DNA of 64,000 nt from Eledone cirrhosa (GCA_964016885.1 OZ024758.1:10478001-10542000); one strand, 5' to 3'. Positions 1 through 12,613 are shown, numbered from the stretch's first letter. The notes: a model not told the origin generated them from the sequence alone. Program-made: numbers and translations.

Positions 1-11
1 GGCGTAAAAGG

Positions 12-49
<38 letters not shown>

Positions 50-394
50 GAACACACACAGAGTTTCTCACACTTTTTTTTTCTTTGATAAAAATTTGCT
101 CGCGCTTTTCTTCCGCTTTTCTGTACTTCTCGCTCAACCTTTCTGTTCTTCTCCCTCGACCTTTCTGTTCTTCTCCCCTCTCCTGCTTTCCTTCAAAGCC
201 TCTGTCAAATGAACAGCTGGTACCATTCAGTAGCTCTTGAAATGACAGCAGTTGGTCAGATGAAATGAAATGAAAATTGAAATTCACAGCTCACACCTAT
301 ACAGGTTTAAATGACCTCCAACGAAGTTTCAATTCATAGAAGGTTTCTCGAGTGTTTAAATGACGAGGCCTTCAGTTCTATCACGAAAAACAAA

Positions 395-506
395 GTGAAA
401 TTAATCGTTTTGTTCTTAAGAACATAACGCATAGCCCGATCCAGGAATCGAACCCACGACATTATTATGAGTCCAACACCTTAAACCTCTAAGCCACGTG
501 CCTTCG
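395..506 (-). mobile_element. tRNA-derived CORE-like SINE head, degenerate (family 2)
   Basis: The minus strand reads like the 5' part of the 30720-31005 copy (cacgtggcttagaggttaagg...gggttcgattcctggatcgg), with A/B box-like motifs. Confidence 0.6.
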
Positions 507-688
507 CAACACGTGTTTTACTATTTCATCACCAAAACTCTTTGTATATCGTTATGACAGGGTTGTTTTGCCAAATATAATACTATAAACTCAGTTGATT
601 CTTACAAAATGTCACCGTCGTCTCTAAAACTAATAATTCTAAATCTGCTGAACTGAGTGAGATTCTTTTAAGATTATAAAATAATCGG

Positions 689-749
689 TGTAAGAAGGCA
701 ACTGATGATAAGTAATAATTCTGAAATACATGTATACAACCCTCTTACA
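689..749 (+). ncRNA. Type I hammerhead-like motif, degenerate
   Basis: CTGATGA 702-708, GAAA 723-726, palindromic stem III ATACATGTAT and AUA site. Distal stem I tgtaagaagg/ccctcttaca pairs, but the proximal 3 bp (caa/caa) and stem II are weak. Confidence 0.45.
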
Positions 750-2109
750 TAATACTGAGGTAGCTGTGATATTATCTCAGCTTAAAATTCTCGCAACGAG
801 CGTTCTAATTCTGTCCACATTTTTGTAACTACGACAGGCAAAAGGATTAAGCTACCTGTTTCCTCGTCCGAAAAACAGACATTCTCTGGAAAACCACAAC
901 ACTTGATCGTAATCTGATACAATTTAGGCAATTCATAGATATACGAGAACAGAATTGATAAACTTTAACATATAATTTGAATATTTAAGAGTTGTACATC
1001 ATTTAAAAACGTTTTAATTGCTTTTATTTTCCCCTCAGGATAAAGTATTGACTTTCATCTGAAGACTACCGAACTGCTTATATAGTTCTTTCTGGATTAG
1101 GTAGATATTGATGTAAGGATTTCTTGATAATTCTAGTGTAAATATATTGGCTTAAAATTGTATATCAAAACTAGGAACCTAAGACAGTTTGCCGCAAACA
1201 TTCCGCTTAAAATATTCTATATACGCCAAGTCCAATCGAGATTTTAAGAATGAAAATATAGTGTTACTTCATAGTAAACATGGTTAAGTGGAAACCTTGA
1301 ACTGGTGTTCTAGTAATATTCATAATTGAGGAAGAGAGTGGTATTAAAATATTCGTATATTTGGAATTTGGTTTAATGGACAAGAATTCTAGACTCTATT
1401 CTCGATTGTCATCTTGAATTCTCTTTGAAATACAGATTAACAGACAGTTTCGAAATTGCCAAGTTAAGACAACCAGTATTTCTTTTGCTTTAGCCTATCA
1501 CATAAAAACTATTTCTAGACAGTATCTGTAGAAATATAATGGCTTGTTTTAGTATCCATCAGTAACAAATATGTTTAACTTATGACTACTTTAATATATT
1601 AGCTATTTAAGAAAAGTACTGGTTGCTATCATATCCTTTTACCTCGAATGACAAATAGCATTATTAAAACTCGTTGGCAATGTAACGATTTCCACATCCG
1701 GTTTCAAATGTTCACTATAGGTTGATGTACCTAAATATTTAGAGTTTCGCCAGAACAAAATAGGCAGATACACACACTTAGAGTCGTAAAAAAAAAAAAA
1801 CTGTGCCGGATTAACCTAGTAGCAAATTAACATTTGCTACAGACCCCACATTTTCTGGACTCCTCCGATGAGTACTTTATACTATAGTACTATATTGCCC
1901 TTAAACTTTGAATCACATTTAAAAAAAAAAACTAGGCCCCTAATCCAGCTCTGTCAAAGAGTAATAACGAAACCTTTGTATTAATTCCATCACAAATTCA
2001 CTTTTGATTACAGTCTTAAAGGTGTAATTTCGATTAATTTTTTTTTCTCAATCGATTACAAACGAATTACATTTTCTAACTTCATTCAGAAATATTCCCA
2101 TATACCACT

Positions 2110-2241
2110 AGCTGTTGAAACGACAAGAGCTCAGCCGTCGGTGTCCTGACCTTTATAATATAACCATACTCTACTACGCCAAGTTTCGAGTACTCTGGTG
2201 AGTAATGGTCTAACCAGTTTCTAACTAAATCCATTCCTGAT
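2110..2241 (+). mobile_element. Diverged copy of the 10-kb hammerhead-half element family (PLE-type 3' end)
   Basis: GAAACGAC-aagagctca-GCCGTC-ggtgtc and tactctactac...gagtactctggtg align by eye to 10119-10240; ends at a (TA)n tract. Confidence 0.65.
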
Positions 2242-2989
2242 ATATATATATATATATATATTTTTTTTTTTCAGAAAACAGCTGGTGATATGCATGTAAG
2301 TAAATATTCTCTTTATCTGATATTTTGTAACTAATCTTACATAGATCAATAACAGAGTATAGCTACAATGTATTATCATCATCTAGAAACGATCGTAAAG
2401 CAGTGAAGTATATCTCTAATGACTTGATTTTTTATTTCATTGTTTTAACTTATATCATGACTCTGTTTTCCTTTTAATGTTTTATTGTTTTCCGAGATTT
2501 ATCTTAACCTACAACATTTTCAACATATGGATTACATCGAGTTCTTCATGCAGAATAGACCCCACAACTTACAGTGGATACCTCTGTGTATATATATAAA
2601 CAATATATATATAAACAATATATATATAAACAATATATATATAAACAATGAATGATAGAATCAAGTGTGTAAAACCTTTTTTATTTGAGGGTTAAGATCA
2701 TTAGGGGTCAAAGTAGGGTATCAAAGTTCTAGTATAATACATATTAGTCAAATAGAGAATTCTAGATAGGGAGTTAATTAGGGGTGTTATGTTCAAATAT
2801 GTATATATTTAGGGTTCTAGATAAGTCAAATATATTTAGTAGATAGGTGTAAAGTTCATGATAGGTATGTGTAAGTTTAAAGTTTATCTATTAGATAGAT
2901 GTAGGTGTAATGTCTATTGTAAATAGGTGTATGTGAAGGGTTTATAGGTTACGTCCTTATTGCTGATCTAGCTTTAAAGTTGGTTGGTA

Positions 2990-3228
2990 GGGCTTGAAGG
3001 ATGTAGAAATTTTATATACACAAATATGTATTCTATCCGAGTGCGTATTCAGAAGTTGGTGTTTAGCAAAGATTATTTTAAGAGCTTCAGTAGTTCCAAT
3101 ATTCATGTGGCCCTTTGTTTTACTTTGGCAAGGATTTCCAAGTTAAATTGAAGTGTAGGTTGCTATCTTTTTAAAACCAGGTATATTTCGAATGAGACAC
3201 GGCATTGCTTTTTGCTGTTTTGCAGAAT
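2990..3228 (-). pseudogene. Penelope-like element GIY-YIG endonuclease C-terminal remnant (frameshifted)
   Basis: Minus-strand translation across frameshifts: KSNAVSHSKYTWF-KDSNLHFNLTW-ILAKVKQRAT-(C)NIGTTEALKIIFAKHQLLNTHSDRIHIC. This matches the PLE EN pattern SKYIWxLK...WxIL...CNLCxxExxxI...LLNxRSE...C. Confidence 0.6.
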
Positions 3229-3523
3229 ACAAATATATGTTGATGGTATTTACATCACATTGATTCACAATGTCTCTTAGAATATTTATTTAGAATGCTT
3301 CAAATACAGTTGTTAAAAGTAGTAGAACCTTAAGTTTGTCTTAACTCAACTAAATTAAAAGAAGCGATATATATAAATATTATACCCAGTCCTCCTTTCC
3401 CAGGACGTCGTCCCACTAAAACTCTTCCCCTGCACAAGACTTGGTTACTGGAATTGACTTGCAACAGTTTAAGAGGAACATCAGCAACATTTGTGTGAGG
3501 GTCAAGGGCGCTACACCTTCCTC

Positions 3524-3582
3524 CAGACCTACTAAAACTTATATATATATTATATATATATATATAACTTTTAGTAGGTCTG
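3524..3582. repeat. Short inverted repeat centred on (TA)n
   Basis: cagacctactaaaa-(TA-rich)-ttttagtaggtctg. Confidence 0.85.
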
Positions 3583-3784
3583 AAATAGGGAAATAGTCTT
3601 TTTCAAGACTATACAGAGCATTTGTAGTTGTCCCAAATTGAACGATGAGTATTTTAAACTTTATTTTATCATGAGTTCAGGCTCTATTGATTTTTCCCTG
3701 GATTTCACTAAATTCTGTTGGATAAATCGATATCCTGATTCTTTTTGGATTGAGTTTGAATTATTTTTCCCACATCTTACGTTA

Positions 3785-3868
3785 ACTATTTTCCCCTTTT
3801 GACGCTATAGTCACTTATATATTATGGAATACTGTTGGCTTCTTGCTACAATACTTTCTATACCTTTC

Positions 3869-3872
<4 letters not shown>
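3785..3872 (+). mobile_element. Dispersed TA-abutting element end; reverse-complement copy at 55961-56047
   Basis: gacgctatagtcacttatatattatggaatactgttggcttcttgctacaata recurs inverted at ~55981-56034; both copies end at (TA)n. Confidence 0.75.
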
Positions 3873-3931
<59 letters not shown>

Positions 3932-3940
<9 letters not shown>

Positions 3941-4220
3941 AGATCAAAAGATGGTTAAATGAGTTCCATGTATTTTATTATGCGCATTTCAAAAACAAAT
4001 ATCATCATGCAATAACATTTGTGTTTTCATCAGATAAAATAGGAGGACATGATATGAAGGTTAAAAAACACTTGTGGATAGTGCAGTTTTAAATCAACAT
4101 ATTATATATTATGTATACTCATATTATATATTATGTATACTCCAGTCCTACAAACTGTAGAGTGCTTCTTATCCGATATCTGCATTGCTTTATTGTACTA
4201 CAATAAAACTCACCTCCTAC

Positions 4221-4222
<2 letters not shown>
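3932..4222. mobile_element. PLE-type element with inverted 5' arm (3932-4101) and sense 3' end (4132-4222); same family as 17004-17426
   Basis: Direct similarity to 17004-17140 and 17340-17426; flanked by (TA)n on both sides. Confidence 0.75.
3971..4041 (-). ncRNA. Type I hammerhead ribozyme
   Basis: Minus strand: tattttat-CTGATGA-aaacacaaatgttatt/gcat/gatgatatttgttttt-GAAA-tgcgca-TA-ataaaata. 8-bp stem I, long stem II, palindromic stem III ATGCGCAT, AUA site. Confidence 0.85.
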
Positions 4223-4289
<67 letters not shown>

Positions 4290-4407
4290 ATACTTTGGAA
4301 GGGTCAGGCTGCCAATAAAAACACACGCACCTGTTGGTTTTCACTTCAATTTATTATAAATTTCCAATTGGTTGGTTGGTTCGATAACCAGATGGTTGTT
4401 TACATAT

Positions 4408-4452
4408 TGTCAAAGCTTTTTCGTCACACATTTTGTGACCTCCTCAGTGACT
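4408..4452 (-). ncRNA. Hammerhead-like motif, degenerate at cleavage site
   Basis: Minus strand: gtca-CTGAGGA-ggtcaca/aaatg/tgtgac-GAAA-aagctt-tgac. Stems I and II pair and stem III is palindromic, but the NUH position appears deleted. The host element end (4285-4355) recurs at 6959-7132. Confidence 0.5.
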
Positions 4453-4502
4453 AGGTTTTTATTTTGTGTCTCTAATTTGTTCTGTCCTATACCATCTTGT
4501 TT

Positions 4503-4556
<54 letters not shown>

Positions 4557-4564
4557 GTGTGTGA

Positions 4565-4614
<50 letters not shown>

Positions 4615-4758
4615 GTGTGTGAGTGTGTATATATATATATATATATATAAATATTTTCACACAGACACAAATATATATGTATATATATATACACACACAC
4701 ACATATATATGTACCCCCCCCCCACATATATATATATATATATACACACACAATATAT

Positions 4759-4875
<117 letters not shown>

Positions 4876-5314
4876 TACATACATACATGAATACATCGCT
4901 GCAAGTCTAATTTGTCTATGCGTCCGTCTGTCTGTCTCCAGCGTTGACTGTAATTATGGATCGCCAAAAGTGCTGAATTATCCTACCCCCTTCTGTTTTG
5001 CTGTTTCTTACAAGAATCCAATTTTACTTGGTTATTATTGGAAATAGTAATGTTTGAAATGGATTATGATTATGATTACTAACTTCAGCTGTTGGCGGTA
5101 AATAATTAAGATACATAACCATTTCTTTTGATAAATGCTATTTTTTTCTTTCTCTTTTCTTTTCTTCATCTTGGTCTTCTCAGTTCCACTAGGTTTTTCG
5201 AAACTTCCAGTTTGCAAATTCATCAGAACATGGAATGTTGAAGGCATTTTTAAACGATACCACACGAAGTCATTCATGTACATGCACGCACACACGCACG
5301 CACACACACGCACG

Positions 5315-5380
<66 letters not shown>

Positions 5381-5629
5381 CGCACACACGCACACACACA
5401 CACACGCACACACGCACACACGCACACACACACACACACACACACCAATTACACACACACACACACATACACCACACACACACACACACACCACACACAC
5501 ACGCACATAAACACAAACACGCACGCACACTCACACACGCACACAAACACGCACAGATCCGCATGTACACACAGAAAAAATAGAGACATTCATAAGAGTT
5601 AACACAAACTCTCCAGGACATACACATAT

Positions 5630-5752
5630 ATACATATATATATATGTCCTGGGTTATATACATATATATATATATATGTCCTGGGTTATATACATATATA
5701 TATATATATGTCCTGGGTTATATACATATATATATATATATGTCCTGGGTAT
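5630..5752. repeat. ~35-bp tandem repeat x4
   Basis: tatgtcctgggttatatacatata(TA)n repeated four times. Confidence 0.9.
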
Positions 5753-5952
5753 GACATTAAACTGTATCCAGTGGCAAGGCTCAAGTTCAGAAGTTCAGGA
5801 GCTGTGGGGGGAATGTGGAGTTACCCCTTAGTTGTTACCACTCCCAGGTCCACTCAGGGCCGGAGCAGTATTACCTGTTAGGGCCCCATTGTGCTATTAT
5901 CAGCATTGTGGGCAACATTGAAACGATCGTATGGAACAACACTAATAGAGAT

Positions 5953-5988
<36 letters not shown>

Positions 5989-5989
<1 letters not shown>

Positions 5990-6285
5990 AAACATGAGAA
6001 GAAAGAGGAATACTGCGTGGTTTGCACATGGGTTACGTATGATAAAAATAGTCCTTCGTCAGTGATTTTCCAACCATCATTGGTATTTCATCGCATTAAA
6101 AATCAGATACCTCAGGTTGGTGCGAGCAATAACTAAGAAAAGTTATTGGGACCAGTAATCGCGTAAAGCGAGGGGGACAAGTGAACAACATAGAAGGATA
6201 AAAACAAACCAAAGAAAGGAAATAAACAAGCAACATGGTAGTCTTGGTCAGCATAAGCTGGGTGGATTTCATGAGCGAAAGATAC
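5989..6285 (-). mobile_element. Dispersed TA-abutting element; copies at 57971-58247 and, diverged and inverted, 50561-50668
   Basis: Near-identical sequence at 57971-58247; all copies terminate in (TA)n. Confidence 0.8.
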
Positions 6286-6410
6286 AGACGTCCGACGTGA
6301 GTGAGATGTAAGCAAGAAGAGGCCCACTGTTAGCCAAACGGAAGGAAGTGAGAAGGGGAGAAACAGAGAGTGAGTGAGTGGAAGTGCGAGGAAGCGGTCA
6401 GTCGAGAGAA

Positions 6411-6740
6411 CACAGAAAAAAAGAGAATCAGTGTTGTAACGAATGGTATTTATTGGACATATTACAATCGTTTCTCTGGCGACCAGCTTGAGGCACGATT
6501 GATGTGATGATCGAACCTCACTCTGAAAATCGCAAGGTCCTCAGATACGTCTTGATTCTACGAAGCAGATTTTCCTTGAACTGGTCGCCAGAGAAACGAT
6601 TGTAATATGTCTAATAAATTCCATTCGTCGCAACACTGATTCTCTTTTTTTTTCTGTGATATCATACTCTGCTATATGAGAGCATCGAGTGCTCAAACGG
6701 CCTACCGCATACGGACGCTTTAAGCATCCAACACCAATTA
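6411..6740 (+). mobile_element. PLE-type element with inverted arm (IR 6411-6486 / 6581-6658), ending at (TA)n
   Basis: About 76-bp inverted repeat containing the hammerhead 3' half; the sense arm continues to the TA tract at 6740. Confidence 0.7.
6456..6551 (-). ncRNA. Type I hammerhead ribozyme with extended (~60 nt) stem II
   Basis: Minus strand: gacgtat-CTGAGGA-[gcga..cag..tgagg..cgat / atcg..cctca..ctg..tcgc]-GAAAC-gatt-GTA-atatgtc. 7-bp stem I with one G-U pair, GUA site. Confidence 0.75.
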
Positions 6741-6786
<46 letters not shown>

Positions 6787-6920
6787 CTTATATTGCACAC
6801 ACACATACACTCTTAGGCACAGCCTATATTATATATAATAGTGAAATGATTACAGCTTATTAGAAAATCATAGCGAGGCTAAAATGAAGTTTATTATACA
6901 TAAGCATTTCCTATATGCGT

Positions 6921-6958
<38 letters not shown>

Positions 6959-6966
<8 letters not shown>

Positions 6967-7132
6967 ATACTTTGGGAGGGTCATGTTGCCAATAAGAAAC
7001 ACACGCACCAGTTGCTTTCACTTCAATTTATTATATATTTATAAATTTATAAATATATAATAAATTGAAGTGAAAGCAACTGGTGCGTGTGTTTCTTATA
7101 GGCAACATGACCCTCCCAAAGTATAACAATAT
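6959..7132. repeat. Near-perfect ~174-bp palindrome of a PLE-type 3' end
   Basis: attgttatactttgggagggtcatgttgcc...ggcaacatgaccctcccaaagtataacaat; the arm is homologous to 4285-4355. Confidence 0.92.
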
Positions 7133-7184
7133 CGGTTTCAACACACGATTTCAGATAAAGAATCTTGCTAAACAAATTCAGAAA

Positions 7185-7248
<64 letters not shown>

Positions 7249-7438
7249 GATATTGAATCCAATATCAATAAATACAACAGGATTTTTTCATTCTGATGAT
7301 TGAAAGTAACATTTTTTGCTTTTAAGAAACCACTGGTAAATGGAATAATTGCCTTATGTTGTTTATTACATAACTATTAAGCTCTGTTACCTACACAGAG
7401 CACTCCTTTTTCCAGGACTTTTCCGACGGAATTACTTC

Positions 7439-7518
<80 letters not shown>

Positions 7519-8002
7519 AATTCCCATTTCTTGGTGCTATGTATGTGTTTGTATGTGTGTGTGTGTGTGTGTGTGTCTGTGTGAGAATGTGTGTGTCTTC
7601 AATTCCCATTTCTTGGTGCTATGTATGTATGTGTGTGTGTGTGTCTGTGTGTGTGTATCTCATATCTTGGTGCTGTATATCTTCCTGTGTTTACCAATAC
7701 TCTAACATGTATTGTATGTAGAAAGTATCATTTGGTAAAATACGAGCTATTTTGGCATTAAAAGAAGTCATTAAATTCTCTTTACTTTGTTTAACATATA
7801 ATTGTTGTTATTACTGATGTTGTCGGTCTTGTGCCTGTCTTACTGTTGTTGTTGTTGTTGTAGTTTTTCTTGCCTCTTTTTATCTTTTCTTTCCCCAAAC
7901 CTTTCAATCTGTTCAACTTTCTTTCTTTTTCATCAGTGTACCTCCGTCTCTTTCTCCGTCTATTTTCTCTTTCTATCTCTCTTCCTATCTCTCTCTTCAC
8001 AT

Positions 8003-8062
<60 letters not shown>

Positions 8063-8175
8063 TCTGTCTCTCTCTCACTCCCTCGTCCCCCCCTCTATAT
8101 TTGTGTTCCTTTTTCTCTTTCTCTTTCCTGCACCCGTTTCGACATAATTCTGCTTCTATTGTCTCTATTACCATC

Positions 8176-8206
<31 letters not shown>

Positions 8207-8386
8207 CTTCTTCTTCTTCTTCTTCTACACACTTGTCTTGTTTTCTTTCATCTTCTTCATTCGCTTCTTTTTATTCTTTTCCGTTTTCTTTTCATTTTAT
8301 TTCTTTCACTTCTTTCTCTTTCTACTCCCCATTTTCTTCTCTGTCTAAAGGATCATATATATATATATATATGATCCTTTTTTTAC

Positions 8387-8425
<39 letters not shown>

Positions 8426-8567
8426 AACGTGTTACGATGTTACAATTCCTGCGGCAACAAACACACACACACACATATATATATATTATATATTATATAT
8501 ATATGTGTGTCTACATATATATATATATATATATATGTGTGTCTACATATATATATATATATATATA

Positions 8568-8613
<46 letters not shown>

Positions 8614-9118
8614 AATGTAGTATCAAGAATAAATCTTGCTCAAGTCCGCCAGCCGGCTCCAAGACATAGGGTAGCAGTTGGGGTAGGGGGTGCGAATGCT
8701 CTGGAGGAGGGCCACGAGACGTTCAATCGTGGCGCCAGACTGCACTGACGGACGCTTGTTAGAGGGGGGTGCAGGTCGTTTTGGTTCGCGAGAGTATCCT
8801 GTGCTAGGCGTAATCCACTCTGACACATGAAAAACCTGATCTTACTACACAAAAAACCAGCAACAAACTCAACAAGCATTTCGTTTCTGTTCAGCTCCCT
8901 CCCTCCCTCCCTTCCCCCCTCCTCCATACATCTCTCTCATACTCACCATCCCCCATCTCTCACTATTTCTTTACTTACCTATCTATATCTGTTCACTGGT
9001 CTGTCTCTGTAGAATTTCTCTCTTCCTCCTTCTGTCTCGGATTGCGTCTCTCTATCTGCCAATCGCTGCCACCCACTCTATCAATCTCAATTTAAAACTC
9101 CAAATCTCTCTCTCTCTA

Positions 9119-9203
<85 letters not shown>

Positions 9204-9371
9204 CTATCTCTCTATCTAACTATATCCATTTGTTCTATATTTCTATCTCACTATCTATCTATTTATCTATCTACCTATTTATCTATGTATTTGTATTGTC
9301 CCCTTTCTTGTTGCGCCCTTGTGGCTAATAAAGAAATCTATCTATGTATCAGTTTATCTATGTACCTATCA

Positions 9372-9459
<88 letters not shown>

Positions 9460-9535
9460 CATTTCTATATTTCTATCTCACTATCTATCTATTTATCTAT
9501 GTATCAGTCTGTCTATCTATGTACCTATCATATTC

Positions 9536-9602
<67 letters not shown>

Positions 9603-9975
9603 ATATATATACATCCATCATCTACCTATTTATCTCTCTCTCTATCTATCTCTCTCTCTCTGTCTAATTCCATGTAGACGCATATTTCTCTTATGCTGTT
9701 TCTGTTACTGTTTCACTTTTTTTTTTCTTTCGAATTCGCTGCAAATTATTGTCAAATTTTAAACTCCCCCCTCTCTCCCCTCTCCTCTCTCTCTCTCCCC
9801 ACCACCCCCTCTCTCTCGCTCCCCCTCTTTCTCTCTCTATGTATGTGAAGAACGACATCAGTAAGTCGTTATTGATATTAGTTCTGGTAAGTCGTAATGT
9901 CAATAACAACAACTTACTCTAAAGACTTGAAACATTGTAGAACACCAACCACCAGTGAAGTCATTCTTCTCTTTT

Positions 9976-10034
<59 letters not shown>

Positions 10035-10045
10035 TATATATATAA

Positions 10046-10237
10046 GAACGAGTAGGACCCCGACGGCTGAGCTCAAGCCGTTTCGACGGCTAATTCTGGA
10101 CGTCCAGAATTAGCCGTCGAAACGGCTTGAACTCAGCCGTCGGGGTCCTACTCGTTTCTATTACCCACTCTACTACCCTAAGTATTGAGTACTTTGGTGC
10201 GTTATGGTCCACCTGGTTCCTTACCACATTTCCTTCG

Positions 10238-10240
<3 letters not shown>
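10046..10240 (+). mobile_element. Fold-back hammerhead-half element, subfamily A
   Basis: Palindrome 10047-10156 containing GAAACGGC...GCCGTC, followed by an ~85-nt unique tail to (TA)n; second copy inverted at 59218-59411. Confidence 0.8.
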
Positions 10241-10270
<30 letters not shown>

Positions 10271-10273
<3 letters not shown>

Positions 10274-10471
10274 CAAAGGAATTGTGGTAAGGAACCAGGT
10301 GGACCATAACGCACCAGAGTACTCAATACTTAGGGTAGTAGAGTGGGTAATAGGAAAAAGTATGACCCCGACGGCAGAGCTCAAGCCGTTTCGAAGGCTA
10401 TTTCTGGACTCACTCCAGAAATAGCCGTCGAAACGGCTTGGGTTCTGCCGTCGGGGTCATACTTTTTCCTA
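10271..10471 (-). mobile_element. Fold-back hammerhead-half element, subfamily B
   Basis: Tail-to-tail with subfamily A across a TA tract; palindrome 10351-10471; other copies at 55661-55868 and, internally deleted, 26215-26293. Confidence 0.8.
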
Positions 10472-10765
10472 TATATATATATATATACACATATACATAA
10501 TTATATGTGCATGTGTTTGAGTGTGTGCGTGCACTCTATTGATGACACCATGAAAGCAGCTTTGGCAGGCATTACGTCACTGTCGTTCGCAAATCAGAAC
10601 AAAGGAGGAATCAAGTTAAGCCATTTCGGTTCTTGTCCCCTCAAATGTTTATTTTTATTTTTTTTTTTTTTATTTCGTCCTGTTATTTGTAAGTTCATAT
10701 TGTCCAAGGCATAGGCAAGTATATTCCCGTAAATCACATACATATCATGTTTATGGTAATGATGT

Positions 10766-10950
10766 GGATTGGCAGTATCAGTAGAGGGTCGGACGCCATG
10801 CTTTGACGCAAAGAGTTACGTCCCTTTACGATCTGAGTTCAAATCCCGCCGAGGTTAACTTTGCCTTTCACCCTTGCGGGGTCGATAAAATAAAGTACCA
10901 GTAATGTAGTGGGATAATTGCTGGCCTTGTGCCAAAAGTAGAAACAATTA
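10766..10950 (+). mobile_element. tRNA-derived SINE (family 1, ~185 bp)
   Basis: A box-like tggcagtatcagta, B box gagttcaaatcc, 3' ggggtcgataaaataaagtaccag...gtagaaacaatt; more than 12 copies in the window. Confidence 0.9.
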
Positions 10951-11383
10951 TTAAAATACTTAATGAGCAGTTTGAAATCAAATGATGGGGGGGCAACGTA
11001 TCACATCTGGACAGGGCCTGTTACCAGCTTTGCACTGAGTTGCATTTACGCACGCTTACATATTTCCTTATCCAACCGAATGATATCAACTAATTAATAG
11101 TGTATCTGAATGACGTTAGTTGACTAACGTCGACATGATAACAGTTAAAACAGAAATGTTATGCCTGAAGTGTTGCTTGGTATCAGTCAGTCTTGTTAAA
11201 TGGTTTCGATCCGCGTTTGAAAACATTTTAGGCATGGTTCTGTTGTTAATGGGTGGTTCACCGCCACAAGCATGTGGTTTCAAATTGGGGGACACCTTGA
11301 TCAAATGTCTTTTTCTATAGCATCGTGTTGGTCAATTCCTTGTGAAGCTGTGTCAAGGCCCGTCGTATATATGTATGTGCATA

Positions 11384-11447
<64 letters not shown>

Positions 11448-12233
11448 CCTTCTTCTTAAGCAGTGAAGTTTCCTTAATAAATCACCAACATATTTCAGTA
11501 TCTAACTTACATATTTTTTAAAATTCCCCATTTATTTCTTTTTCTGTTGTTTTTTCGGCAACATTTTTATACACTCACTCCAACCCACACTCTCACACTC
11601 ACCCATTTACACACTCACTCGCATACCCACTTTACTCACGCACTCCCTCACGCACACACTCACTCATTCAGCATTTTTTTCTCAATCTCCCCTTCCTCAC
11701 ACTTACTCTCTATCCCCTCCCACATCGCTCCTAAGCACTAAGCTTACTAAACGAAACCCTTATATATTTCAGTACCCAAGATTCACTACCATCTTTAACA
11801 CACCAACTGCTACCGAAAGCTCCATCAGAATGTATACATCGCAATGATTACGTCATTGCATACAACCTCAATTAGAATGTCTCAAAATTCCATTTCCTAT
11901 ACACGGATTACGAACGGTTTCTCATTACAAGGTAATCCAGCTCTTTGATTACTGACGCGATTAGGTTTAAACCGTTTCCTCTTTTAATAATCTCGCTCTG
12001 TTAATCTTTCCGTTCAGGTGTGACAAAACAGAGGTTGTAAGACAGAGCAGCTCAGCTCAGCTCGCGACTACCATTACATCCCAGATATTTTGCCAAATGG
12101 AACGAGTCTCAATGGAAGACCTGCCACGCCGCGCCGTCAATATTATGTAAAAAGAATTATCGTGGCCCTCACACAGATAAATTGCAGCATCGCTTCACAT
12201 ATACTTACACATACAGTCACATAGAATTATATG

Positions 12234-12372
<139 letters not shown>

Positions 12373-12377
12373 ATATA

Positions 12378-12427
<50 letters not shown>

Positions 12428-12574
12428 GGGGAGGGTCATATTTGTGTAATATTGCCAGAATTAATAACAGAACACACTCACTGTCTGGTTGGTTTTCGTT
12501 TTTAAAAAAAAAAAAAAAAATATATATGTATATATGTATATGTATATATATATATATGTATATGTATATATATG

Positions 12575-12613
<39 letters not shown>

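Noticed and set aside
1080-1250. Possible RT remnant (FFLD...LKLYIKT)
   Set aside because: Too many stops and too little motif support to call.
1860-1892. CCGATGA-gtac...gtac hammerhead-like stem
   Set aside because: The core is mutated and no GAAA box follows.
3100-3110. In-frame TGA at a conserved Cys of the PLE endonuclease (selenocysteine idea)
   Set aside because: The downstream motif continues in another frame, so a 1-nt deletion of TGY explains it; no convincing SECIS was seen.
7285-7315. CTGATGA-tt-GAAA hammerhead core
   Set aside because: No stem II and no convincing stem I or III pairing.
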